Part shown: piece by piece, positions 27,154 through 38,204 of the stretch
How the letters are laid out: each line of letters opens with the position of its first letter
Position numbering within the stretch: the first letter of the stretch is position 1
Source: Mustelus asterias
Taxonomy: Eukaryota
Length of the DNA: 64,000 nucleotides
Reading direction: 5' to 3'
NCBI RefSeq assembly: GCF_964213995.1
Contig: NW_027590163.1
Coordinates: forward strand, 434,001-498,000
The notes under the pieces: generated by a model
Databases searched by the model: none
Told to the model about the DNA's origin: nothing
What the model saw: the letters and a program-made list of their open reading frames with translations, nothing else
Translations under genes and position numbers: made by a program

Positions 27154-27225
27154 CCTTCTGTCGAGTAGTGGTTATCACGTTCGCCTAACACTCACAAAAT
27201 CCCTGGTTCGAAATTGGACAGAGCA
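27154..27225 (+). pseudogene. tRNA-Val(AAC) pseudogene
   Basis: GTAGTGGTTATCACGTTCGCCTAACAC...CCCTGGTTCGAAA. Confidence 0.78.
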
Positions 27226-28229
27226 TAGATTAAGCATTCTCATATCGGGTAAGGACAATCTTTTTGATTTCAGTTCGTTGCTGAACAGTATTCGAACCAC
27301 GAGTCATATTACCTTTACTCTGACCTCGGCCTCAAACGCTTTCTGTAAAATAAGAAATGCTCGATTTTTTGACGCACTGACAGGGAACCAACGATCCTGT
27401 TTTGACAAGGTGCACATATTAACATCTCGTTCAGTCTGCAACAGAATTTAATCGCTTTATAGGTGCAAACTAACTTGGTTAATCGCCATCTGAAACATGT
27501 CTAATAGTGCTGTGTGCACAAAAAGACAGACACAAATAATACTGTAACTGAACTAGAGGAAATGGCGCACATTTTCCGGAAGAATCCTTTTTTAAAAATC
27601 GTTCTTCAGAATAAAGAAATAGTAAAAACCACTCGAACAGATGAGGAAATCGAGAATCAGTGCGGATTTCCTGAACTTTCCTGCAGATGGCCGGAATTTA
27701 TGTGCCTGAATGCTTCACATCCATAAAAAAAAACGGCTCACCTATAACTAACGGATAATTCTTCAATCTCGCCCATTTAAATAGAGTTGACTTCATTGAA
27801 AAGCTGACTTTGGGCAATCTCAAATAAGCACCTTGGGATCTGTATTATCCGGAGACTCGAATCCTTTTGTTGGTCAGTTATGTTTGCAATTCAGTGATAT
27901 TCAATTTCAGAGATATTCAATTCATGAAGAGGAAATATGCCTTAAATGATGTATTGATACTAAATACTGAATAACGAGACAAATACTGTGTTCAATTGGT
28001 TGAGATTATTCGATTGAAGATGAGATTGATGCATTAATGAATGAACAGAAATCATTGCTCTCTTAGATATTCGTCAGAAGAAGGCTTTTAAATTTTGATG
28101 TTGAAGATAAATTGAGAAATCAGCTTGAATTAAGTGACATGGCCTCTCAGTCTAACCATTGGAACCTGCAGCAACACGGCGAAGTTGAACATTGCAGACA
28201 GGCCGATTTGCTGTAAGGTGTGGTCAGCT

Positions 28230-28301
28230 GTTTCTGTGGTATAATGGTTATCTCGTACCCTCACGTGCGAAAAGTCGCCAGTTCGGAACCAGGCAGGGAC
28301 A
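28230..28301 (+). pseudogene. tRNA-Val(CAC) pseudogene
   Basis: GTTTCTGTGGTATAATGGTTATCTCG...CTCACGTGCGAAAAGTCGCCAGTTCGGAACCAGGCAGGGACA. Confidence 0.75.
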
Positions 28302-29022
28302 CTGTTGGATCTTTATCATTAAGCGTGAGGGAAATCTGCCTGATGTAAGCTCATGGTTCAGCCTTATGCGAATCTCGATGTTACATCCATTTTATATTGC
28401 CTTTGAGCTCGGCCTCAACTGTTTTTAAGAAAATTGAAAATGTTATATTTTAGGACGCATTGTCAGGAAATAAATATTTGTATTGTTTGTACACTTCGCA
28501 TCTCGTTCAATCCTCATCATAATTTAATGTGTTAATAGATGCAGCCTAATACATTAAATCACCATCTGAAACATGGCTAATAGTATTGTGTGCCCCGAGG
28601 GACAGACGCAAGTGTAACTGAAACCGAACTATTCTGGGTGTGAAACATTCTGGCGCTTAAATCCTGTTCATCTATCGGAAAACCCAACAGATCTACACTG
28701 ATTCTCGATTTTCTTATCTGTCTGAGTGTTTTTATTTCTATTTCATTACTATGATGAACTATTTGAAAACGTTTCTTCTGGGCAATGTGTGCCATTGCCT
28801 CCAGTTCAGTTACAGTAGCACTTGCCTCTGTCTTTATGAACACACAATACCATTACACATGGTTCAGATGGTAATTAAAAATGATAATCTGCATCTATAA
28901 ACCCAATACATTTTATTTGTGGACTGAATGAGCAGGTATTATGTGCTCGATGTCAAAATAGGAGCATATGTTTCCTTTCATTATGTGATGAAAATGCACC
29001 CTTAATGAACAAATTGTAATAA

Positions 29023-29095
29023 CATTTCACGCTGGTTTCGAATGGGCGACCTCGCGTGTGTGAGATAAATACAATCACCACCACACTACAGAAGC
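29023..29095 (-). pseudogene. tRNA-Val pseudogene in an inverted terminal array unit (~28630-29140)
   Basis: Reverse complement GCTTCTGTAGTGTGGTGGTGATTG...CTCACACACGCGAGGTCGCCCATTCGAAACCAGCGTGAAATG; the flank at 28630-28900 is an inverted array unit. Confidence 0.7.
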
Positions 29096-29550
29096 TGCTG
29101 TTTTCCATGCGGCCCAATGGGACTGCCTTAACATGTTGCAACATTCATTAGAAATGCTGTATTGATATTGATATTGATCCAAGAATGATTGGAAATAGTT
29201 GACACTGGCAGACAACAATAAGAAGCCCTTCGAACCACATGTCTATGCCAGTTAGTTTATGTGGAGCTAGCCGACTAAGGTTTTGCTGCGTGCATGATGG
29301 GCCGAAGGGTGTTTTCCTGTACTCCACCGTCCATTGTTCTAATCTCAATTTCCTTCTCTCGTTGCATGTCTGACTGAATCTCTCTCAGTGAATGGGAATG
29401 GAATGAATCAGAAATTGAGAAGGAGAGAGGGAACCCGGGCACTGTTCAGCTCTTTGGTCCACCCACACACTGCAGGGGCCAGCCCGTTTGTGACCTCACT
29501 CAGGAGCACATCCCTATTGGTTTTTGTGTATTTAATCAACATTCTTGAAC

Positions 29551-29569
29551 CTGGCGCCCTCTGCTGGCC
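29551..29569 (-). promoter_or_regulatory. Consensus-like CTCF motif between the tRNA array and the V cluster
   Basis: Reverse complement GGCCAGCAGAGGGCGCCAG fits the CCASYAGRKGGCRS core. Confidence 0.55.
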
Positions 29570-30452
29570 AATTCAATCCGGATTAGAATGCGGCCATTGG
29601 GTGGTTTCAGGGTTTAATAATTTACATATCAAGACACCAATGTCAGATATTGCCTCCCTGAAATTGGAGTTGCTAACACTCGGGCTTTATTTGTATCAAC
29701 ACGTATGCCATAAAATGGTGCTAATCTTTTATATTTGACTGTATAAAGTTCAGGACACAAGTTAGATAAAAAATCAAGATGTCCTACTACACAAGATCGT
29801 ACTAGGGATTAGGCCTGCAATATAAACAGTGAAGATAATCTGCGATTGTTCTTCTTCAATCAAAGACGGTAAAGGAGATACTAAATTTAAGTAGATAAAA
29901 GATTGAACGTGATTAATCACCTTCCACTTGCAGAAAATTTGGGAAAGCAACAAAGACTTTGAAAGAAAAAACAGAAGAAAATATTAAATTTAATTATTAC
30001 AATGTCAAATGTTCTAATGCAGTGTTTAAGATAGTATATTCAATTCAGTGAAGTCGGGAATGGGTTAATGAACTTTGTCACACTTAAGCATTAAGACCCG
30101 AACTCTGTGATTTTGTTGAGAACACTGCAGAGTTCATGTTTTCGTCAGAGTTCGGTGTTTTTCATGTCTGTGCCAGATAAGAGGAACAGCTATTCTTGCT
30201 GTCTCCACTTGTTATTAAGAAATGCGATTAACCCAGCTCGAAATAAGCTAAACAATCTCCAGTTTTATGTACCTTTGTTTAACACGATGGAGTTGACATG
30301 TATGCCTTCTGTGATCGTATAACCATAGATTCATATATATGTATATATATATATATATATATATTCATCATACGTTATTCATCTTATCCTGATATAAAGT
30401 ATTATACAAACCTGTATGTATATTTGTTAACTTGTTTGTGCAAAACCTGCGA

Positions 30453-30748
30453 TGTTGTTTCAAGGATATAAATGACGAGCAATCGTGGCCCTGGAGATCG
30501 AACAAACTACGCAGAGGAAGATACTGCTAATACAACAAGAATCTCACCATGAACAATGACAGACATCTTAGAGAATTGCAATGTAATGAGGGCGGGGCCC
30601 GGGACATATATAAACTCTGTTCTTACTTGTGTTCGAAGAGAAGGCTGGGGGTCCACTGTTAGGAACCTCACTTCTCCCACAATTGTGAAAATAAACCTGC
30701 ACTTTGATCCACTAATAGTGTCAGAGGTTTTTTTTTTAACCTACAACA
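30453..30748 (+). mobile_element. Possible solo LTR
   Basis: TGTTGT...ACAACA termini, GC box, TATATAAA, then AATAAA and a T-rich tract; no TSD found. Confidence 0.35.
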
Positions 30749-31074
30749 ATTCATGTCTCTTCTACTCTTTGTTTTCAGTCACTTGCAGAGCCAGCAGATG
30801 CAGGATAGTCACAGACTTCTGAAGTTTACACCGCCGCTGCTTTCGCTCCGTCCCTTCCAATTGCTTCCCTCAATTTCAAGCCTGCGGCAACCCAGCACAC
30901 AGCTTTCGTTCGCTGCTCTCGCTCTGACCCGATTGTGCTGTTGCAAAAATTGCGTGCCGCTGCTCCATTCTTCTCATCGGCTGGCACAACAGTGTAGTGG
31001 CAAGGGAATTATTATTATTTCTCCGTTGGCAGAAAATTTCTTGCACAGCAGAGAGTTACCACCGAGAGAGTATC

Positions 31075-31573
31075 ATGAGCACCAATATCGCACCCTTCAT
31101 CAGAATTTTATCAGGGAGTATTTCCTTCCCAGTAAAACTCCATTCCCCTCCTGACTGCTGTAACTCAGAAGTTGATGTTGAAAAAATAATATTGCTGGTG
31201 GAGTTGATGATTGTGAGATGATTATGAGACTGGTTTTGTTTGTTTCCTTAACTATTTGTTTGTGTTAGAACGGAGCCACCGAACTACACTGGAGCAGCCG
31301 GTTCCTGATATAACGGTTGAAGAGGTAAGCAATGTTGCAAACACCTGCACGTTGAAAACAAGCGATCTCAGGCCTAATGTATGCGGACCCTGAATAGTAC
31401 ACGCTTAATCCTTCTGGACAGGAATATTGGTATCACTGAACAGATTTATTTTCCGCTTAACATAATTGCCACTATCACCAATCAGTAATGCCCTGATCTC
31501 CGACACCCTCCGTGTATCTATGTGCCACGAACCCCACACTGATGCCGAGCGATAGAGGATCCCAAACCAAAAT
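31075..31573 (+). pseudogene. TCR alpha/delta V pseudogene (leader ~31075, V exon 31269-31534, RSS 31535-31573)
   Basis: TTLEQPVPDITVEEVSNVANTCTLKTSD ... ISNALISDT.VYLCAT; internal deletion and stops; heptamer CACACTG + 23 nt + AACCAAAAT. Confidence 0.8.
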
Positions 31574-32466
31574 TCACCCTGAGCTTTCAGTCTGTGCTCA
31601 GCAGAAAGCGCCTCCACACCGACAAAACAGAATAAATAATTCATCTTCCACTGTGCGTGTCTCGTGGGCCTTTTTAATGGATCATAAAGCATGTAACTTT
31701 CAACAAGAACAATTGGGGTCCACTGAAACAGATAGCTGAATTTGCCATTGAAAATGATAGTGAAATCGGGCTTTACAAAACGCCCTGTGATGCCATAATT
31801 CCTCGTCAGAAATTTTCACTGCTGGATTTGTTGCTCAATATCACATCTCAATTGGTCAACCGTAATCTTCTTACGACAGTCTTTTCTTTAACGGGGTCCA
31901 CCTTTGTCACTGTTCTCAATATTAATTCGGAACGACCCAGAGAACAAAGGATTCAGCCCCGGTTTTCAGCGAAGATTTTTTAAATATTTACTTCTTCCTG
32001 AAGAATATACAAATGGCGATACGAATGCCCCCTAGCCTGGTCATCGCCTATATGAACCTCTACCAAAGAGACGGAGGCGGCATTACTACTGCATTCTTTG
32101 CACATGAACTCTAATGTGTCACAGCACTACCTGCTATAGCCTGGCCCAGTTACTCGAATTGTTGTCGTCACTCTGACCCTCCTTCCGTGCTTTAAATTCT
32201 GTTTACGCTTCAGAATTGATTCGGTCAGCAGCGCAGTCGAGAGCCTGGTTGCAGTTCTCGTATTTCTGCTCTGGCAGAGGATTTGCCAGGACTTCACAGT
32301 TACACACAGAGGGAACTGCTACTGATCGTTGTAACCGCTCTCACTAAGTATCCCATGCCCACGAAAAATTCATTCTCTTCAGAGCTATGCTGACCTATAC
32401 GTCAGTGTTTTTTCTATGATCATGCGAATACAAATGCTGATATGTATCATTATTATGTCCTATTAG

Positions 32467-32590
32467 ATTGGAGCGACCAAGGGAAAGTAGAACAGTGTTT
32501 TTTGAAATGGCAGTTGGAGAGAGAAATAACATTGCGCCTAACTGCACCTAAAAACCAACGACCTTAGTCCTACTGTGATCTGGTACTATT
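32467..32590 (+). pseudogene. 5' fragment of a TCR V pseudogene (same family as 31.3 kb and 49.8 kb)
   Basis: Acceptor ATTAG, then DWSDQGKVEQ...AVGERNNIAPNCT.KTNDLSPTVIWY read through frameshifts; aligns with DWIHQDTVEQ...TCKFKTNDSDPYVFWY. Confidence 0.7.
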
Positions 32591-32959
32591 TCCAAGAAGA
32601 TGAAAAGAAAGGTCCTGTTCAATATCCATGCATAAATCACAATCACTGAAACAGACAGACCAATAGACCACTAAAGCATTACTGTGTGAATTGATATCCT
32701 GAGTCCAAGTTGGCTGTTGTCTTGTCTACGGTGATGGGGAAACACTCTAGGACATCAAACTCCATAAATATTCTAATGTTCGTTCTCTGAACTGCCCCCG
32801 TTGCTTTATTTTGATAATGTATTTATTAATAATGTAAGTATATATACGCATTATCCGCATTAATAGTTTAAGAAACCACCAGGATTTCAGGTTCCATTTC
32901 AGACTCACTCTGATCACAATGTTTACCTCAGGTTCTGTTATGTTGAGTGAGGCTCTGAC

Positions 32960-33428
32960 AGTTTGTCTACATGTTCAGCCCAGCTCTGTGTTTCTGTGGG
33001 TCTCAGTGCGCAGTAATACACCGCAGAGTCGGTCAGCTCTGTTTGAGACACTTTCAGTGGGACGGTGCGGGTTGTATCATTGAACTCCACTGAGAAACCG
33101 TCCCCTGGGGATCTCTCTGTGTTCCCATGTATTTACGTCTCTTCTGAAGATGTTCAATAAATCCATTGGGATACTGACGGTACCAGAATAGGTAATAATT
33201 GTCAATGATTATATTCGTATAATTACAAAATAACTGAACATCATCTCCTTCACTCACTGTGACTGCAGCTGGGATCTGTGAAACTGAGTCTCCTCCAGTA
33301 TGTCCTGTCAGAACCAAGAGTCATGTTAATTTAAATGATGTCAGTTCATTTTCTTTATAGACCAGAATAGATTCGTCACCCTGACCATAAGCTGAGAAAT
33401 AGACCATGGGATCTAAACAGAAACACAT
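32960..33428 (-). pseudogene. TCR alpha/delta V pseudogene (V exon 33304-32999; RSS 32998-32960)
   Basis: GDSVSQIPAAVTVSEGDDVQLFCNY...LFWYRQYP, a frameshift before FR3, then FSVEFNDTTRTVPLKVSQTELTDSAVYYCALR; heptamer CACAGAA + 23 + AGACAAACT; leader start uncertain. Confidence 0.88.
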
Positions 33429-34437
33429 TTCCCGCAACGCAGATTCTGAACGGGAACGAGATTGCTTCAATTAAATAAAACACTCTTTAATCAACATTCG
33501 GCACCTTCGATGGAGATCAGTTCCTTACCTGTACTTGTATTTTGATGGAGAAACTGTCGGCGGATTTAAAGGCCTAGTGTTTGCCAAAGTCCCCCACTGG
33601 TTCTGGGGGGACCTATGATCTCACCTTAACTCTTCCGCTCTCATTCACCTCGGGAACTTTGCCTACTTCCTTGCTCAGATGAAATCGATCCTGGTGATTT
33701 TGTCGTTCGGAGTCAATCCACATTTTACCAATGTGTTAATCGAACTGTCCAATTGGATGTGGTGAATGGAAAGTTCGCGAAACACACCGTTTGTAACTTG
33801 TGAACCTATCGGTTAAAAGAACTGCCGCTGTGAGGAACAAGCACAGAGTCACAGGAGACATGTTTGCAGAGAGGTCGAGGCGGATGTGAGCAGAGCGGGT
33901 TGAAGCTGAAATTTGAATTGGCAGGAGTTGGGAAGAAGTTGCGTTACATTCGGGCCCCTGTTGATTGGTTCATTGCTAACTGCATCATCATTTTACATCA
34001 AATTAGCTTAAAACTCAATTGTCTTCAATTCAATCATTCAGCACATAGCTCCTTTGATCTCCTCTGCCTTCCGTCAGCCAGGGGAGAAAGGAGCAGGGTG
34101 AAGTTGTTCACCTCTCAATTGGGAACTAGACAAAATTGGCCCTTTAACCTCGAAGGAGGAGAAAGAACAGGAAAACCCCCTGATGTTATTCCAGGATATT
34201 CCCGTAATGGCAGATGCGTTGGTTGTAATTTATCAAAATTCGCTGGACTCTGGGGAAGTGCTGGCTGATTGGCAAACAGCTAATGTGACGCCACTGTTTG
34301 AAAAAGGAGGTAGACTAAAGACGGGTAACGACAAGCCGGTTAGCTTAATGTCCGTAGTTGGGAAATTGCTGGAATCCATCATTAAAGAAGAAATTGCAGG
34401 ACACCTGGAAAAAAATGGTTCGATCAAGCAGACACAG

Positions 34438-37400
34438 GGTATTCAGGACTCTTAGGGGGGAGGGAGATAAACCACAAGTTATTGTACATGTGGGGACACA
34501 CGACATAGGGAGGATAGGGGAAGGGGATATTAGGCAGGGATTTATGGAGTTGGGGTGGAAACTAAAGGCCAAGACTGACAGAGTGGTTATCTCTGGACTC
34601 TTGCCTGTACCACGGGATAGTTTAGAGAGGAATAGGGAGAGGGAAGGTTTGAATTCATGGCTGAGGGGATGGTGCAGGAGGGAGGGGTTCAGGTACTTAA
34701 GCAATTGGGGCTCGTACTGGGGAAGGTGTGACCTCTATGAGAAGGATGGTCTACACCTTAATCAGAAGGGGACCAATATCCTGGGGGGTAAATTTGCTAA
34801 GGCCATGCAGGGAGGTTTAAACTGATTCGGGGGGGGGGGAGGGATCCTGAGTAGTGGGGCTGAAAGTGAGGGATGCATGGATGGGGACTGCAATGCACGG
34901 CATTGCAGAGGTGGGGTGGAGCAGGGTTTGAAATGTGTATACTTCAATGCCAGGAGTATTCGCAATAAAGTGGGTGAACTTGCAGCGTGGATCAGTACCT
35001 GGGACTTCGATGTTGTGGCTATTTCAGAGACATGGATAGAGCAGGGGCAGGAATGGATGCTGCAGGTCCCGGGGTTCAAATGTTTTAGTCGAAGTAGGGA
35101 AGGAGGTAGAAGAGGGGGAGGGGTAGCATTATTGGTCAGAGATTGTATCACAGTGTCAGAGAGGAGGTTTGATGAGGACTTATCTGTTGAGGTAGTATGG
35201 GCGGAGATTAGAAATAGGAGAGGAGAGGTCACCCTGTTGGGAGTCTTTTATAGACCTCCTAAAAGTTCTAGAGAGGTTGAGGAAAGGATTGCGGAGTCAA
35301 TCCTGCTTAGGAGTGAAAGTAATAGGGCAATTGTTATGGGGGATTTTAACTTGACTAATATTGACTGGAATTGTTATAGCTCTAGCTCGTTAGAGGGGTC
35401 AGTTTTTGTTCAAAGCGTGCAGGAAGGTTTTTTGACTCAGTATGTAGACAGGCCAACTAGAGGTGAGGCTATATTGGATCTGGTGCTGGGAAATGAGCCA
35501 GACCAGGTGCTAGACTTGGAAGTTGGTGTGCATTTTGGTGATAGTGACCACAATTCGGTTACGTTCACCTTAGTGATGGAAAGGGATAGGCATGAACCTC
35601 GGGCCAGTGGTTTTAGCTGGGGGAAGGGTAATTATGAGGCTATTAGGAGAGAATTAGGAAACATAGGTTGGACTAGGAGATTACAGGGACTGGGAACGTC
35701 CGACATGTGGAGTTTTTTCAAGGAGCAGCTACTGCGAGTCTGTGATAGGTATGTCCCTGTCAGGCAAGGAGGAATTGGTAGGGCTAGGGAACCGTGGTGC
35801 ACCAAAAAAGTTTCTTTGTTGGTCAAAAAGAAAAAGGAGGCTTATGTTCGGATGAGACGTGAGCACTCGGGTAGTGCACTAGAAAGCTTTAGATTGGCTA
35901 AGAGGGAGTTGAAGAGCGAGCTTAGAAGGGCTAAAAGGGGACATGAGAAGACTTTGGCGGATAGGGTTAAAGAGAATCCTAAGGCGTTCTATAGGTATGT
36001 CAAGAACAGAAGGTTGGTTAGGGCAAGTTTAGGGCCAGTTATAGATGGCAGAGGGAAGTTATGTGTGGAACCGGAGGAGATTGGTGAAGCATTGAACCAA
36101 TATTTCTCTTCGGTGTTCACGCAAGGGGACATGAATATAGCTGAGGAGGACACTGGGTTGCAAGGGAGTAGAATAGACAGTATTACAGTTGATAAGGAGG
36201 ATGTGCAGGATATTCTGGAGGGTCTGAAAATAGATAAATCCCCTGGTCCGGATGGGATTTATCCAAGGATTCTCTGGGAGGCAAGAGAAGTGATTGCAGA
36301 GCCTCTGGCTCTGATCTTCAGGTCGTCGTTGGCCTCTGGTATAGTACCAGAAGATTGGAGGTTAGCGAATGTTGTCCCATTGTTTAAGAAGGGGAACAGA
36401 GACTTCCCCGGGAATTATAGACCGGTGAGTCTCACTTCTGTTGTCGGCAAGATGTTGGAAAAAATTATAAGGGATAGGATTTATAGTTATTTGGAGAGTA
36501 ATGAATTGATAGGTGATAGTCAGCATGGTTTTGTGGCAGGTAGGTCGTGCCTTACTAACCTTATTGAGTTTTTTGAGAAAGTGACCAAGGAGGTGGATGG
36601 GGGCAAGGCAGTGGACGTGGTATATATGGATTTTAGTAAGGCGTTTGATAAGGTTCACCATGGTAGGCTTCTGCAGAAAATGCTGATGTATGGGATTGGG
36701 GGTGATCTAGGAAATTGGATCAGGAATTGGCTAGCGGATAGGAAACAGAGGGTGGTGGTTGATAGTAAATATTCATCATGGAGTGCGGTTACAAGTGGTG
36801 TACCTCAGGGATCTGTTTTGGGGCCACTGCTGTTTGTAATATTTATTAATGATCTGGATGAGGGTATAGTTGGGTGGATTAGCAAATTTGCTGATGACAC
36901 CAAAGTCGGTGGTGTGGTAGACAGTGAGGAAGGGTGTCGTAGTTTGCAGGAAGACTTAGACAGGTTGCAAAGTTGGGCCGAGAGGTGGCGGATGGAGTTT
37001 AATGCGGAGAAGTGTGAGGTAATTCACTTTGGTAGGAATAACAGATGTGTTGAGTATAGGGCTAACGGGAGGACTTTGAATAGTGTGGAGGAGCAGAGGG
37101 ATCTAGGTGTATGTGTGCATAGATCCCTGAAAGTTGGGAATCAAGTAGATAAGGTTGTTAAGAAGGCATATGGTGTCTTGGCGTTTATTGGTAGGGGGAT
37201 TGAATTTAGGAGTCGTAGCGTTATGTTGCAACTGTACACAACTCTGGTGCGGCCGCACTTGGAGTACTGTGTGCAGTTCTGGTCCCCACATTACAGGAAG
37301 GATGTGGAGGCTTTGGAGAGGGTGCAGAGGAGGTTTACCAGGATGTTGCCTGGTATGGAGGGGAGATCCTATGAGGAGAGGCTGAGGGATTTGGGATTGT

Positions 37401-37797
37401 TTTCGCTGGAAAGGCGGCGGCTAAGAGGGGATCTTATTGAAACATATAAGATGATTAGAGGTTTAGATAGGGTGGATAGTGATAGCCTTTTTCCTCTGAT
37501 GGAGAAATCCAGCACGAGGGGGCATGGCTTTAAATTGAGGGGGGGGTAGTTATAGAACCGATGTCAGGGGTAGGTTCTTTACCCAGAGGGTGGTGAGGGA
37601 TTGGAATGCCCTGCCAGCATCAGTAGTAAATGCGCCTAGTTTGGGGGCGTTTAAGAGATCCGTAGATAGGTTCATGGACGAAAAGAAATTGGTTTAGGTT
37701 GGAGGGTCACAGTTTTTTTTTAACTGGTCGGTGCAACATCGTGGGCCGAAGGGCCTGTTCTGCGCTGTAATGTTCTATGTTCTATGTTCTATGTTCT
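34438..37797 (+). mobile_element. Young 5'-truncated CR1 LINE (end of esterase ORF1 + ORF2)
   Basis: TSD ACAG (34434-34437 / 37798-37801), ORF1 SGNH motifs HVGTHD and DGLHLN, (TTCTATG)n tail. Confidence 0.93.
34877..37549 (+). CDS. CR1 ORF2, apurinic-like endonuclease + reverse transcriptase (890 aa open)
   Basis: APE motifs YFNARSI, SETW, GDFN, SDH; RT motifs PGPDG, GVPQGSVLGP, FADD; the stop follows a G homopolymer and the remaining C-terminus continues in another frame. Confidence 0.92.
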   Translation: MDGDCNARHCRGGVEQGLKCVYFNARSIRNKVGELAAWISTWDFDVVAISETWIEQGQEWMLQVPGFKCFSRSREGGRRGGGVALLVRDCITVSERRFDEDLSVEVVWAEIRNRRGEVTLLGVFYRPPKSSREVEERIAESILLRSESNRAIVMGDFNLTNIDWNCYSSSSLEGSVFVQSVQEGFLTQYVDRPTRGEAILDLVLGNEPDQVLDLEVGVHFGDSDHNSVTFTLVMERDRHEPRASGFSWGKGNYEAIRRELGNIGWTRRLQGLGTSDMWSFFKEQLLRVCDRYVPVRQGGIGRAREPWCTKKVSLLVKKKKEAYVRMRREHSGSALESFRLAKRELKSELRRAKRGHEKTLADRVKENPKAFYRYVKNRRLVRASLGPVIDGRGKLCVEPEEIGEALNQYFSSVFTQGDMNIAEEDTGLQGSRIDSITVDKEDVQDILEGLKIDKSPGPDGIYPRILWEAREVIAEPLALIFRSSLASGIVPEDWRLANVVPLFKKGNRDFPGNYRPVSLTSVVGKMLEKIIRDRIYSYLESNELIGDSQHGFVAGRSCLTNLIEFFEKVTKEVDGGKAVDVVYMDFSKAFDKVHHGRLLQKMLMYGIGGDLGNWIRNWLADRKQRVVVDSKYSSWSAVTSGVPQGSVLGPLLFVIFINDLDEGIVGWISKFADDTKVGGVVDSEEGCRSLQEDLDRLQSWAERWRMEFNAEKCEVIHFGRNNRCVEYRANGRTLNSVEEQRDLGVCVHRSLKVGNQVDKVVKKAYGVLAFIGRGIEFRSRSVMLQLYTTLVRPHLEYCVQFWSPHYRKDVEALERVQRRFTRMLPGMEGRSYEERLRDLGLFSLERRRLRGDLIETYKMIRGLDRVDSDSLFPLMEKSSTRGHGFKLRGG

Positions 37798-38204
37798 ACA
37801 GCATGGATTCATGAAAGTCGTGTTTGACGAACTTACTGGATTTTTATGAAGATGTAACGAGTGTGTTTTTAGATTTCCAGAAGGCGATCGATAAGGTGCC
37901 TCACAAAAGGTTGCAGCAGAAGATTAGGGTACACGGAGTTGGGGGTAAAGTGTTAGCGTGGATTGAGGATTGGCTATCGAACAGAAAGCAGGGAGTTGGA
38001 ATAAATAGGTGCTTTTCTGGTTGGCTGTTGGTGACTTGTGGCGTGCCACAGGGATCAGTGCTGGAGCCTCAACTGTTTACCATATACATGGACGATCTGG
38101 AGGAGGGGACCAAGTGTAGGGTAACAAAGTTTGCAGGTGACACAAAGATGAGTGGGAAAGCGAATTGTGTGGAGAATGCGGAAAGTCTGCAGAGAGATTT
38201 GGAT

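Larger units (their letters stand above)
21690..28620 (+). repeat. Tandem array of ~1.07-kb units, each carrying a tRNA-Val-derived gene
   Basis: Recurring blocks AATCACCATCTGAAACATGTCTAATAG, GATGAGGAAATCGAGAATCAGTG and GAACCTGCAGCAACACAGTGGAGTTGAACATTG; tRNA starts at 24990, ~26082, ~27154 and 28230 give a period of ~1.07-1.09 kb. Confidence 0.92.

Noticed and set aside
31218-31268. Hydrophobic MIMRLVLFVSLTICLC as an intronless V leader (and a similar stretch at 49955-50000)
   Set aside because: Out of frame with the V and ends at a phase-1 acceptor position; it is the T-rich intron end, and separate leader exons exist upstream
31930-32110. Possible further V remnant (ENKGFSP.FSA..., ...YYCIL followed by CACATGA)
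   Set aside because: Motifs are short, in inconsistent frames and lack a nonamer; not supportable without a profile search
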